This document shows, in pieces, positions 6,336-14,224 of a stretch of DNA of 18,055 nt. Positions within the stretch are counted from its first letter, which is position 1. Every line of letters starts with the position of its first letter. The stretch lies in the NCBI GenBank assembly GCA_038245905.1, contig JBBRRY010000050.1:1-18055 (forward strand), read 5' to 3'. A program made the translations under genes and the position numbers. Under the pieces are notes generated by a model. That model did not search any database and had not been told where the DNA came from. It saw only the letters and a list, made by a program, of their open reading frames with translations. The stretch comes from Thermoanaerobaculia bacterium. GTDB lineage: Bacteria; Acidobacteriota; Thermoanaerobaculia; UBA5066.

Positions 6336-8783
6336 GACCCCCGGCCCGCCTCCGCCCGCCGACTTGATCCGGAACACGCCGCGCCCGAAAGTGGCGGCCC
6401 AGAGATCGCCGCTCGACGCCTGGAATCTCAGGTCGTAGACCGGGACGTTCGGTAACCCGCTGTTGAACGTCGCCCAGCTCGCCCCGCCGTTCGCCGATCG
6501 GAAGACGCCGACGTCCGTCCCCACGAAGAGAGCGGATGGATCGGTCGGGTCGACGGCGAACGCGAGGGCGGGGACGTCCGGCAGGTTCGAAGAGATGTTC
6601 GTCCACGTCACGCCAGCGTCGTTCGTGCGGAAGACGTGCTTCGAGGGAGAGCCCGAAAAGCCGGCGAACGTGGCGTATGCGTTGCGACCGTCGGGCGTGA
6701 CCGACAAGATCCGGGTGACCGGGGACGCCGGCAATCCCGAAGAGCGCTGCGTGAAGGTCGCGCCGCCGTCGGTGGAGAAAAATACGCTGCCGATCTTGGT
6801 TCCACCCCACACGGGTCCGGGGTCGCCCCCGGGAGCGTCGAGGGCCGTGAAGAAGGAGTTCGTGATCTTCGCGGCCGAACGCGCCGACCACGCCGCCCCG
6901 GTGCTCCCGAACGACGGATTCGCCCAGACCCGGTTCGTCCCGAAAAAGACCGACGCGGGCGACCCGGCTGCCGCGACCGCGGGCGGATAGAACCCCATGG
7001 TCTCCAGCGGATCTCCTGTATTCGTGTCCATCAACTTTCCGTACGCGGTTGCGTCCGTGTACGTCTCGCTCCCGTCGGAAGAGAACTCGAAAAAGGCGTG
7101 GTAATGGGCCGAGAGAACCTGCGACGGGGAGTCGCGCCGGATCAGGTTGAATCCACCGTCCCCATAGATTCGATCCGACCAGACCATCGTGCCGGTGTAG
7201 CGCTGGCTTCCGTTGTCCTGAGTGCCTCCCATCGCAAATTCGGTGTTCGTCGGATGGGGGACCGTGTTGTTGAACTGCGAGACGTTGATCGTCGCGTTGA
7301 GGCTCGTGAACGACGTCCCGCCATTCGCGCTTCTGTATACGCCGCCGTCATTCCCGACGAACAGCGTTCCGCCGGGCCCGACAACGCCGGCATGCTGGTC
7401 CGGATGCAGGGTCACAGTCCCCGTGTCCGTGGAAACATCCTGAGGGATGGTCCAGGTGTTCGCGCCGTCGGTGCTTCTGTAAAGACTGAGCGCGCCAAAA
7501 TAGACCGTCGAAGGGTTGACCGGGTCGGGTGTGATCCAGTGGTCGTAGGAGCACTGGTTGTTTCCGGCACCCGCGGCGGGGCACATCGTCGCGTCGATGC
7601 TCTGCTTCGTCCAATTCGCGCCGGCATCCGTGGATCTGTAGATCCCGATATGGGCGTTCTTGTCGTCGAGGAACGACGCGTAAACGACCGCGGGGTTCGT
7701 CCTCGTGATACCGAGTTTCGTGTTCCCGATGATGACGCCCGCGTCGTACGTGTACTGCGCGTTCCAGGTCTGACCGAAATTGGTTGATACGTAGATCCCG
7801 CTTTTTCCGCAAGTCCCGCAGCCCCCGGTCGCGAGAAGGAGCCTGTCCGCCTCATTCGGGTCCTGAACCAGATCCGAGACGGTGTGCTCCAGCGTCCTCG
7901 TGAAGGTGACCCCGCCGTCGGTCGAGCGGTAGGCCCCGCCCGGGGAACCGGAGTCTCCTGCGACCACTGGATACATGTAGACGCCGACGACGACGACCTG
8001 GGGATTGGTCGGGTGCGGAGCCACCCGGGACAGAATCGCGTTCGCCGGGAGGTTCGCGTCGACGCGCGTCCAGGTCTCGCCGGTGTCGACGGACTTCAGC
8101 AACCCGCCGCCGAGGTAGATCCCCATCGAGCGGGAAGGCGTGTATTCGGCGTCCGCCGAATCGGCCTCACCGGTGGCCGCGAAGACGATAGACGGATTCG
8201 CCGGAGAAAACGTGACATGGCTCGTCGCGAGCGACGGCGCCGTGTCCGATACGGGCCGCCAGGTGGCGCCGGAGTCCGTCGATTTCCAGATTCCGCCCGT
8301 CGCGGAACCGAGCAGCATGATCGCGGGGTTCGACGGATGGATCGCAATCGAGTCGACCCGCCCCCCCACGACGCCCCAGTTCCGATGGGCATCCGTTTTC
8401 GACTGCATCGGCAGCGGCCCCAGCGACTGCCACGCCGTTCCGGTGAACGTGTAGCTCGACCGCACCGAGGGCCCGACGTCGGAGCGCGTGAACGAACCCA
8501 ATGGTCCCTCGGACATCGAGGGGTCGACGGGCATCTCGCAGGCGTCGCGCAGGGCCTTGAGCCGGTTCGACGGCTGCAAGCGGCCCTCGGCGTCGAGGCG
8601 CAAAGACGTGTTCCACTCCGCGCGCGCGGCAGGGTCGTCTTTCTCGAGCCGCGCCCGATCGGCCGCGCCGCCCTCGGGGGCATTCTGTGCGGCCTGAGCC
8701 GCAACGGGGAGACAGAACGCCGCGAGAGCGAGAAAGAGAGCCAGCCTTGCGAGGCCGGGACGACACGATCGGCAAAACGACAT
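5991..8783 (-). CDS. Secreted BNR/Asp-box repeat beta-propeller protein (VPS10/GH74-like fold) with shared C-terminal domain, 930 aa
   Basis: ATG at 8783 lies 5 nt after AGGAGG. Signal peptide ...LARLALFLALAAFCLPVAAQA. About 11 Asp-boxes (KSTDSGATW, KSVDTGETW, RSTDGGVTF, VSTNFGQTW, RSTDAGANW, RSTDGANTW, RSANGGTSF, FSSDGSETY, FSTDGGATF, RTNDAGVTW, RSANGGASW). Also HPDQH, GGTQDNG and AATFGRGVF motifs. Confidence 0.9.
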   Translation of the reverse strand: MSFCRSCRPGLARLALFLALAAFCLPVAAQAAQNAPEGGAADRARLEKDDPAARAEWNTSLRLDAEGRLQPSNRLKALRDACEMPVDPSMSEGPLGSFTRSDVGPSVRSSYTFTGTAWQSLGPLPMQSKTDAHRNWGVVGGRVDSIAIHPSNPAIMLLGSATGGIWKSTDSGATWRPVSDTAPSLATSHVTFSPANPSIVFAATGEADSADAEYTPSRSMGIYLGGGLLKSVDTGETWTRVDANLPANAILSRVAPHPTNPQVVVVGVYMYPVVAGDSGSPGGAYRSTDGGVTFTRTLEHTVSDLVQDPNEADRLLLATGGCGTCGKSGIYVSTNFGQTWNAQYTYDAGVIIGNTKLGITRTNPAVVYASFLDDKNAHIGIYRSTDAGANWTKQSIDATMCPAAGAGNNQCSYDHWITPDPVNPSTVYFGALSLYRSTDGANTWTIPQDVSTDTGTVTLHPDQHAGVVGPGGTLFVGNDGGVYRSANGGTSFTSLNATINVSQFNNTVPHPTNTEFAMGGTQDNGSQRYTGTMVWSDRIYGDGGFNLIRRDSPSQVLSAHYHAFFEFSSDGSETYTDATAYGKLMDTNTGDPLETMGFYPPAVAAAGSPASVFFGTNRVWANPSFGSTGAAWSARSAAKITNSFFTALDAPGGDPGPVWGGTKIGSVFFSTDGGATFTQRSSGLPASPVTRILSVTPDGRNAYATFAGFSGSPSKHVFRTNDAGVTWTNISSNLPDVPALAFAVDPTDPSALFVGTDVGVFRSANGGASWATFNSGLPNVPVYDLRFQASSGDLWAATFGRGVFRIKSAGGGGPGVCTPDAATMCLVGGRYKVTSHWKNQYAGGAEATLSKAKLTDVTGAFWIADASTYEYLIRFNTATNNGRVWIAIPTFTDVEFWIGVTDTQTGQTNEYHSGAGNRTLLYDPTTFVYP

Positions 8784-8877
8784 CTCTGCCTCCTGAGGCC
8801 GGAGGAACGAATCTATGAATTTCGAACGAAGGACTGGCAGAGATCCTAATCGATGAAGCCGCCGCCGTCCACAACAG

Positions 8878-8903
8878 AGAGGGCCCGGTTTCCCGGGCCC
8901 TCT
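8878..8903 (-). terminator. Stem-loop, probable intrinsic terminator or RNA-stabilising hairpin after the PEGA gene
   Basis: Perfect 11-bp stem AGAGGGCCCGG/CCGGGCCCTCT with a GAAA tetraloop on the minus strand, 31 nt after the stop at 8935. The U-tract is weak (CTGTTGT). Confidence 0.7.
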
Positions 8904-8934
8904 TCGTTTGCTGCGTTGTGTCGCGCGGGCGCGT

Positions 8935-10164
8935 TTACTTCTCGAGCACCACGACGACGTCCACGGGCGCACCGATCCGCACCGTGACATCCACGGTCTT
9001 CGACTTGTAGCCAGGGCGCGTGACGGTGATCGAGTGCGTGCCGGGATCCGTGACGACGCCGCGCGGATTCGCGCCGAGGTCCTCACCCGCGCCGAGATAT
9101 TTGTCGTCCACGTAGACGGCGGCGTCTTCCGGCGTGACCTTGAACCTCATGCGCGCGCGGTTGCCCGCGGCGCGCGGAAGGGGCTCGGGCCGCGCGTCCA
9201 TTCGATCCTCGGGAATCCGCTCGCGCCCTTCGGGCGCACGCTCACTTGGGGCCGGGGCCATGCCGGCCGTGCCGCGATCGCTCCATCCGTCGTCACGCGG
9301 TGCGGGCGCGCGCCGGAGAGCCCGCCGCGGCGGAGGCGGAGCCTCGTCGTCGTCGCCGTCGGGAGCGCCGGCTTCGGACCCGTGCTTCGTGAACACGCGG
9401 CCGAGCGGCGTGCCCTTCGACTCGGGAGCGAACTGGTCGAGCGCGCTCTTGCCGGGCTCGAGCTTCAGCTTCTGGTCGAGACGCACGCGCTGTCCGCGGG
9501 TGACGTCGAGATCCGTGGCGAGCGTCTGATACCCCGGAAGGCGGAATTCGACGTGGTACTTCCCGGGCCCGAGGTAGAGGTAGTCGGGCCTGCCGTCGAA
9601 GTCGTCGGCGGTCCCAATGTATTTGCCGTCGAGGAAAATCTGCGCTTCTTCGGGCGAGACGTCGGTCTTGACGACCGCATATCGGCCTGTGCGCGCAGAC
9701 ACGCCCACGCTTCCATCGGAGCTTCTCTCGATGCTTCTCTCGCCGCTTCCGTCTCCCTCGCCGTCGCCGCCCGTCACGATCGTGACGCTCGGGCCTCCCC
9801 ACCACCACGAGGAGTAGTAGGGCGCATAGCCCCATCCCCAGCCCCAACCGTAAGGGTAGTAGCCCCATCCTCGGCGATACCCGCCCCCATTCCAGCCGCC
9901 GCGCCCACCGCCGCGCCAGCTGCTGCCATGCGAGCCGCTCACTCTGCTGCTGCCGCCCGAGTGGCTAGACCCGCCGGAATAGCCACCGCCGGAATGTCCA
10001 CCGCCGCCGGAATTGCCGCCGCCGCTATGTCCGCCGCCGCTATGTCCGCCGCCGGAATTGCCGCGGGCCTCCGCCGCCCGCGGGGCGAATGCCACGGCCG
10101 CCGCGAGGGCAGCCGTCGCGATCAGAGAGGGTCGAAGGAAGCGAGGAGAAGAGTTCGAGACCAT
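8935..10164 (-). CDS. Secreted PEGA-domain protein (two PEGA domains) with Gly/Ser/His and Gly/aromatic low-complexity N-terminus, 409 aa
   Basis: ATG at 10164 follows GGGAG. Signal peptide ...RPSLIATAALAAAVAFAPRAAEA. PEGA-like units VSPEEAQIFLDGKYIG...LGPGKYHVEFRLPGY and VTPEDAAVYVDDKYLG...DPGTHSITVTRPGY are separated by a Pro/Arg/Asp linker. Confidence 0.88.
   Translation of the reverse strand: MVSNSSPRFLRPSLIATAALAAAVAFAPRAAEARGNSGGGHSGGGHSGGGNSGGGGHSGGGYSGGSSHSGGSSRVSGSHGSSWRGGGRGGWNGGGYRRGWGYYPYGWGWGWGYAPYYSSWWWGGPSVTIVTGGDGEGDGSGERSIERSSDGSVGVSARTGRYAVVKTDVSPEEAQIFLDGKYIGTADDFDGRPDYLYLGPGKYHVEFRLPGYQTLATDLDVTRGQRVRLDQKLKLEPGKSALDQFAPESKGTPLGRVFTKHGSEAGAPDGDDDEAPPPPRRALRRAPAPRDDGWSDRGTAGMAPAPSERAPEGRERIPEDRMDARPEPLPRAAGNRARMRFKVTPEDAAVYVDDKYLGAGEDLGANPRGVVTDPGTHSITVTRPGYKSKTVDVTVRIGAPVDVVVVLEK
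9970..10064 (-). repeat. Imperfect 15-bp tandem repeat encoding (H/N/Y)SGGG pentapeptides
   Basis: ccgccgccgctatgt occurs twice exactly, plus ccgccgccggaattg/atgt variants. Translation: NSGGGHSGGGHSGGGNSGGGGHSGGGYSGG. Confidence 0.85.
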
Positions 10165-10211
10165 TTTGAGACTCCCGGACGGGATTTTCGTCCCCGTCCC
10201 CTGGACAGCAT

Positions 10212-10227
10212 TGCAAGGACCCTGCCC
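10212..10227 (-). promoter_or_regulatory. Putative sigma-54 (-24/-12) promoter of the PEGA gene
   Basis: The minus strand reads gGGCAGGgtccTTGCA against the consensus TGGCACG-N4-TTGCW. The GG-N10-GC spacing is exact, and the site is intergenic, about 48 nt before the ATG. Confidence 0.6.
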
Positions 10228-10265
10228 GAAACCAATGGGCCGACTGTCCCCTGTCCCGGACACCA

Positions 10266-11051
10266 TTATCCGCCCGTTACGACCGGGGCGACCGGGAGAA
10301 GGCCTTCAACGACCTCTCCCGGCTTACTCCGGAGCTGTAGTCCGCCAACCACCGAGTACGCCTCGACGGCGAGCACGTCCGCGGAAAGCGTCATCCTCCG
10401 ATATGCGCCGAGGCCCGTCGCGAACCCCGCGTAGTCGCGTGCGGCCGTTTGGGACGCGAATGCGTCCATCGCGCGTTCCTTTCGGGCCAGAACCCGGGTG
10501 ATGTCGACCAGGAAGTTCGGGCGGAACGGCTGGGAGAGCTCGAAAAAGGCCACCGTCGCCGCGTCCAGAATCCGCACGGCCGCGTCGGAGGCGGGACGCG
10601 CCGCGACCCGAAAAAGCGCAACGGCGACCGCGCGATGGTCGGGATGGGTCTCGACCGGAGAGGGAGCGAAGACGAGGTCCGGCGCCGCCTCGACGAGATA
10701 CCGGGCGAGGAGCGCTTCGATCTCAAGGAGCCGGTCCGCGGCGCCGCGATCGGGAATGCCTCCCGCGTGCACCGTCCCGCCGCCCAAGGCTTCGAGGGCG
10801 CGCCGCGACTCCTCCATGCGCGCCGACGCGATCCGCTCGCGCTCTTCCTCGTTCCGCGCTCCTGCGGCCCCGTCCGTCACGATGACGACGTCCACGCGGG
10901 CCCCGCGCTCGAGGAGGTCCGCGAGGGCGCCTCCGCAGCCGAAGACTTCGTCGTCCGGGTGCGGCGCGAAAACGAGGACGCGCTTCCCCGAAAAAGTGGA
11001 GGCCGCATAGGGCACCAGGCTCCTCTCGTCGGGAAAATCCGGAGGCCGCAT
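10266..11051 (-). CDS. PIG-L/LmbE family metal-dependent de-N-acetylase, 261 aa
   Basis: VLVFAPHPDDEVFGCGG, VTDG, R-x-x-E (ARMEES), ETHPDH and KERAMDAFASQ: the full family motif set. Confidence 0.95.
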   Translation of the reverse strand: MRPPDFPDERSLVPYAASTFSGKRVLVFAPHPDDEVFGCGGALADLLERGARVDVVIVTDGAAGARNEEERERIASARMEESRRALEALGGGTVHAGGIPDRGAADRLLEIEALLARYLVEAAPDLVFAPSPVETHPDHRAVAVALFRVAARPASDAAVRILDAATVAFFELSQPFRPNFLVDITRVLARKERAMDAFASQTAARDYAGFATGLGAYRRMTLSADVLAVEAYSVVGGLQLRSKPGEVVEGLLPVAPVVTGG

Positions 11052-11057
11052 CCCGGA

Positions 11058-11074
11058 AGCTTACCGCCTACAAT
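11058..11074. promoter_or_regulatory. Back-to-back -10 boxes (bidirectional leaderless promoter)
   Basis: Minus strand: TAAGCT(11063-11058)-N6-ATG(11051). Plus strand: TACAAT(11069-11074)-N7-GTG(11082). The divergent gap is only 30 nt with no Shine-Dalgarno sequence on either side. Confidence 0.65.
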
Positions 11075-11081
11075 GAGATCC

Positions 11082-12191
11082 GTGGTCGATCAGGCGGACG
11101 CTCCGCGCGTTTCCGTGCTCCTCCGGACGAAGGACAGGCCGGGCTTTCTCGCCGAGGCCCTGGACAGCCTGCGGCGCCAGACGTTCACGGACTTCGAGAC
11201 GGTCCTCGTGAACGACGGCGGCGCCGTGCCCGAAACGCTCCTCGTGTCTCCTCCGGGACGCGGACTCTCCGTCGTCGTGCCGCCGGTGCCCGGCGGGAGA
11301 ACGCGCGCCCTGAACGCGGGCCTCGCGGCCGCCCGCGGCACGTACGTGGCCTATCTCGACGACGACGACCTCTATCTGCCCGGGCATCTCGACACGCTCG
11401 TGCGTTTTCTCGACGGCAGCGACGAGTACAAGGCCGCCTACACGTCCGTCCGCCAGATCGAGCAGGTGCTCGGCGACGATGGGCGTTACCGGGACGGACG
11501 CGAGATCACGATCTATGGCAGGCCATTCGACGCCGGGCGTCTCCTTTACAAGAACGACATTCCCCTCATCGGCCTCTTGCACCTTCGGGCGCTCGCGGAG
11601 GAGATCGGCGGCTTCGACGAGACGTTCGACCTGTTCGAGGACTGGGATTTCCTCATTCGCCTTTCGGCGAGGACGCGGTTCCATCACCTGCCGGCCGTCA
11701 CCGCCGTTTACAGGCTCCGGAACGACGCGTCGAACATCTCCGCCGCGCAGCCGTGGCACGCGGGGGACGCGCAGACGGCCCGCCGCAGGCTCTTCGAGAA
11801 GCACGCGGCAAGAAGATCGGTCTCGACGGAGATGGCGCTCGTCGACAGCCTCGAGACCGACCTCTACGCCCTCCGCGATGCCACCGCCGCGTCCCGCGCA
11901 GAGGCCGAGACTCTCCGGCAAGCCCTCGTGGACGCACAGGCCGAAATCGAGGTGGGCCGGGCGGCTCTCGTCGCGGCCGGCGCCCGAGAGGCCGGGCTTC
12001 GCACGTCACGGGACCACGCCGCGCGCCAGACCGAGGAGTCGGCGACACGCGAGCAGGCGCTCGCCGTCGAAAACGTCCGTCTTCAGGCCGAGGCCGCCCG
12101 CCTCTTCGCCACCGTCGACGACATGAACCGATCCCTCGCGTGGCGCCTCTTCACGCCGTGGTGGAAGCTCAAGGAGCTCCTGAAACGATGA
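11082..12191 (+). CDS. GT2 glycosyltransferase with long C-terminal coiled coil and Trp/basic terminal helix (about 369 aa)
   Basis: VSVLLRTKDRP, LVNDGG, ALNAGL, YVAYLDDDD, GGFDETFDLFEDWDF, then about 100 aa of Ala/Glu/Arg helical sequence and MNRSLAWRLFTPWWKLKELLKR. Start is GTG 11082 or ATG 11073. Confidence 0.92.
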   Translation: MVDQADAPRVSVLLRTKDRPGFLAEALDSLRRQTFTDFETVLVNDGGAVPETLLVSPPGRGLSVVVPPVPGGRTRALNAGLAAARGTYVAYLDDDDLYLPGHLDTLVRFLDGSDEYKAAYTSVRQIEQVLGDDGRYRDGREITIYGRPFDAGRLLYKNDIPLIGLLHLRALAEEIGGFDETFDLFEDWDFLIRLSARTRFHHLPAVTAVYRLRNDASNISAAQPWHAGDAQTARRRLFEKHAARRSVSTEMALVDSLETDLYALRDATAASRAEAETLRQALVDAQAEIEVGRAALVAAGAREAGLRTSRDHAARQTEESATREQALAVENVRLQAEAARLFATVDDMNRSLAWRLFTPWWKLKELLKR

Positions 12192-14224
12192 CGGGCTCGT
12201 CCGCCGCCGTGCCCACCGCCGCCGTGCGCTGCGACCTCGTCATTCCGGTCTACAACGCGCTGCGCTCGACACGCGACTGCCTCGAAAGCGTGCGCCGATT
12301 CGCCCCTCCCTGGGCCCGTATCGTCGTCGTCAACGACGGGAGCGACGCCCGCACGACCGAGTTCCTGAGGGCGCAGGAGGGCATCGTCCTCCTCGAGAAC
12401 GAGTTGAATCTCGGCTTCGTGAAGACCGCGAACCGCGGGCTTGGCTTCTCGGACTCGCCGTGGGTTTGTCTCCTCAACTCCGACACGCTCCTCACGGAAG
12501 GAGCGCTCGAACGGATGGTCGCTCGGTGCGAGAAAGACCCCACGATCGGCCTCTGCTGTCCGCTTGCGGGCAGCGCCGTGAATCTCTCGGTAAAGCTTCC
12601 CGCCGGCGAGGACGTCTTCTCCTTCGCGCGCCGCGTCGCGCGCACGAGCCCGGCGCTCTACCCCGACGCGACGACGATCGTGGGCCATTGCCTTCTCGTG
12701 AGGCGCGAGGTCATCCGCACGCTCGGGGTGTTCGACGAGATCTTCGGCCGCGGCTACTGCGAGGAGACGGACCTCCATTACCGGGTGCGCGCGGCGGGCT
12801 GGCATTGCGTCGTGGCGGACGACACGTGGATCCACCACCGGCAGGGCGCGAGCTTCCCGGACTCGGACGCGCGCATCGCCCAGAACATGAAGATCCTGAT
12901 GTCCCGCTGGAAGGTTCCGCACGAAAAGGAGCTTGCCGCGTTCAACTCAAAGAACGCGCTCGGCAACGTGCGCGACTCCGCGACGTTCGAATGGATGCTC
13001 CCCGACTCCGGGCCCGCGGCTCCGTACGACGTCCTCTTCGTCCTTCCGCTCATGGGGATCTACGGCGGCGTGGCCGACGTTCTCGAGCTCGCGAACGCGC
13101 TCGTCCTGCAAGGCGTGCGCGCCGGCGTCGTCGTTCTCGCGACCGTGCCGCCCGAGATCGAGATGGAGCTCTTCTTCCGGCCCCTGCGCCTCTCATCGGC
13201 CGAGCTCCTCGAACACTGTCCGCCCACGAAGCTCCTCGTCGCCACGGGCTACCAGACGGCCGCCCACGTCGCCGCGGCCGCGGCGCGCCGCGGAATTCAG
13301 ACGGCCTACTTCGTCCAGGATTACGAGGGCTGGTTCGGCTTCGACTCGCCGGAGTACGTCGCCCGGACGTACGACCTCATTCCCCGCATCGTCACGATCT
13401 CGACCTGGATCGCGAAGGAGATCGAGACGCGCCACGGGCACGTTGCGACCCCCATCCCGATCAGCGCGGACCCCGACGTGTACTACCCCCGGGGGGACCG
13501 GCCGGCCGCTCCGCCCGTCCGCATCACGGCGATGCTGCGGCAGGACGAGCGCCGCGGAATGAAGTTCCTTCTTCCCGCGCTCGCGGAGGTCGCCGACCGG
13601 CCGGACGTCGAGATCGTCCTCTTCGGGCACGCGCGTGTGCCCGAAGGCGCGCCCCGCTTCCGGCACACGCATCTCGGAACGCTGCAGCGGGACGCGGTGC
13701 CAAAGCTCCTTTCGACGGTGCACGTCGTGGTCGATCCCTCTCTCTTCCAGGGCTTCGGCCTCATCGGGCTCGAGGGTATGGCGAGCGGAGCCGCGTGCGT
13801 CCTGACGGACTCCGGCGGCGCGTCCGAGTACGCGGTTAAGGACGTCAACGCGATCCTCGTGCCCCCGCGAGATTCGAGCGCGCTGGCGGCGGGCATCCGG
13901 CGCCTGCTCGACGAACCGGCGCTGCGCGAGCGCCTTGTGGCGAAGGGAGTGGAGACGGCGCGCCGCTTCACATGGCAGCTCACGGCGACGCGTTTCCGCG
14001 CGTTCATGGACGAGCTTCCGCCTGCGCGGGCTGTGCCGCCGGGCGAGCGTGCTGCGCTCGAGCTTCTCGCCTTCGAGCACCGGACGCGCACGGGCCTCGT
14101 GGCCGAGCGCCACGAGCTCGGGAAAACGCTGAGTGCGATCGCGGGCTCGCGCGTCTGGAAGGCCGCGCAGCGCTGGCGCGGCCTCCGGGATCGCGTCCGG
14201 GGCTCTTTCACCTCTCCGCGCTAA
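12188..14224 (+). CDS. Bifunctional GT2 plus WsaF-like GT4 glycosyltransferase, 678 aa
   Basis: ATGA overlap with the upstream stop. GT2 part: LVIPVYN, VNDGS, NLGFVKTANRG, LLNSD, FGRGYCEETD. GT4 part: VLFVLPLMGIYGGV, VATGYQT, YFVQDYEGWF, FQGFGLIGLEGMASG. C-terminal SRVWKAAQRWRGLR. Confidence 0.93.
   Translation: MTGSSAAVPTAAVRCDLVIPVYNALRSTRDCLESVRRFAPPWARIVVVNDGSDARTTEFLRAQEGIVLLENELNLGFVKTANRGLGFSDSPWVCLLNSDTLLTEGALERMVARCEKDPTIGLCCPLAGSAVNLSVKLPAGEDVFSFARRVARTSPALYPDATTIVGHCLLVRREVIRTLGVFDEIFGRGYCEETDLHYRVRAAGWHCVVADDTWIHHRQGASFPDSDARIAQNMKILMSRWKVPHEKELAAFNSKNALGNVRDSATFEWMLPDSGPAAPYDVLFVLPLMGIYGGVADVLELANALVLQGVRAGVVVLATVPPEIEMELFFRPLRLSSAELLEHCPPTKLLVATGYQTAAHVAAAAARRGIQTAYFVQDYEGWFGFDSPEYVARTYDLIPRIVTISTWIAKEIETRHGHVATPIPISADPDVYYPRGDRPAAPPVRITAMLRQDERRGMKFLLPALAEVADRPDVEIVLFGHARVPEGAPRFRHTHLGTLQRDAVPKLLSTVHVVVDPSLFQGFGLIGLEGMASGAACVLTDSGGASEYAVKDVNAILVPPRDSSALAAGIRRLLDEPALRERLVAKGVETARRFTWQLTATRFRAFMDELPPARAVPPGERAALELLAFEHRTRTGLVAERHELGKTLSAIAGSRVWKAAQRWRGLRDRVRGSFTSPR

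Noticed and set aside
5995-6891. Upstream extension of the 4939 ORF overlapping the propeller gene (possible frameshift fusion)
   Set aside because: The extension translates as Arg-rich junk and no slippery site is evident. A good RBS and signal peptide exist at 5952.
6950-7900. Locally lower GC as a sign of horizontal transfer
   Set aside because: It is plausibly explained by the Thr/Asn/Tyr/Ser-rich protein composition. No integrase, IS, tRNA or flanking repeats were seen.
5991-8783. Sialidase or xyloglucanase call for the Asp-box protein
   Set aside because: Asp-boxes are structural. No RIP motif is present and GH74 catalytic residues cannot be verified by eye.
9970-10064. CRISPR array or phase-variable repeat
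   Set aside because: The repeats are contiguous, in-frame multiples of three and have no spacers, so this is a coding low-complexity tract.
10449-11072. ORF-track N-terminal extensions (starts at 10449, 11753, 1759, 9086, 10266, 17377)
   Set aside because: Each runs through a neighbouring gene, terminator or promoter. Downstream starts have RBS, overlap, -10 or signal-peptide support.
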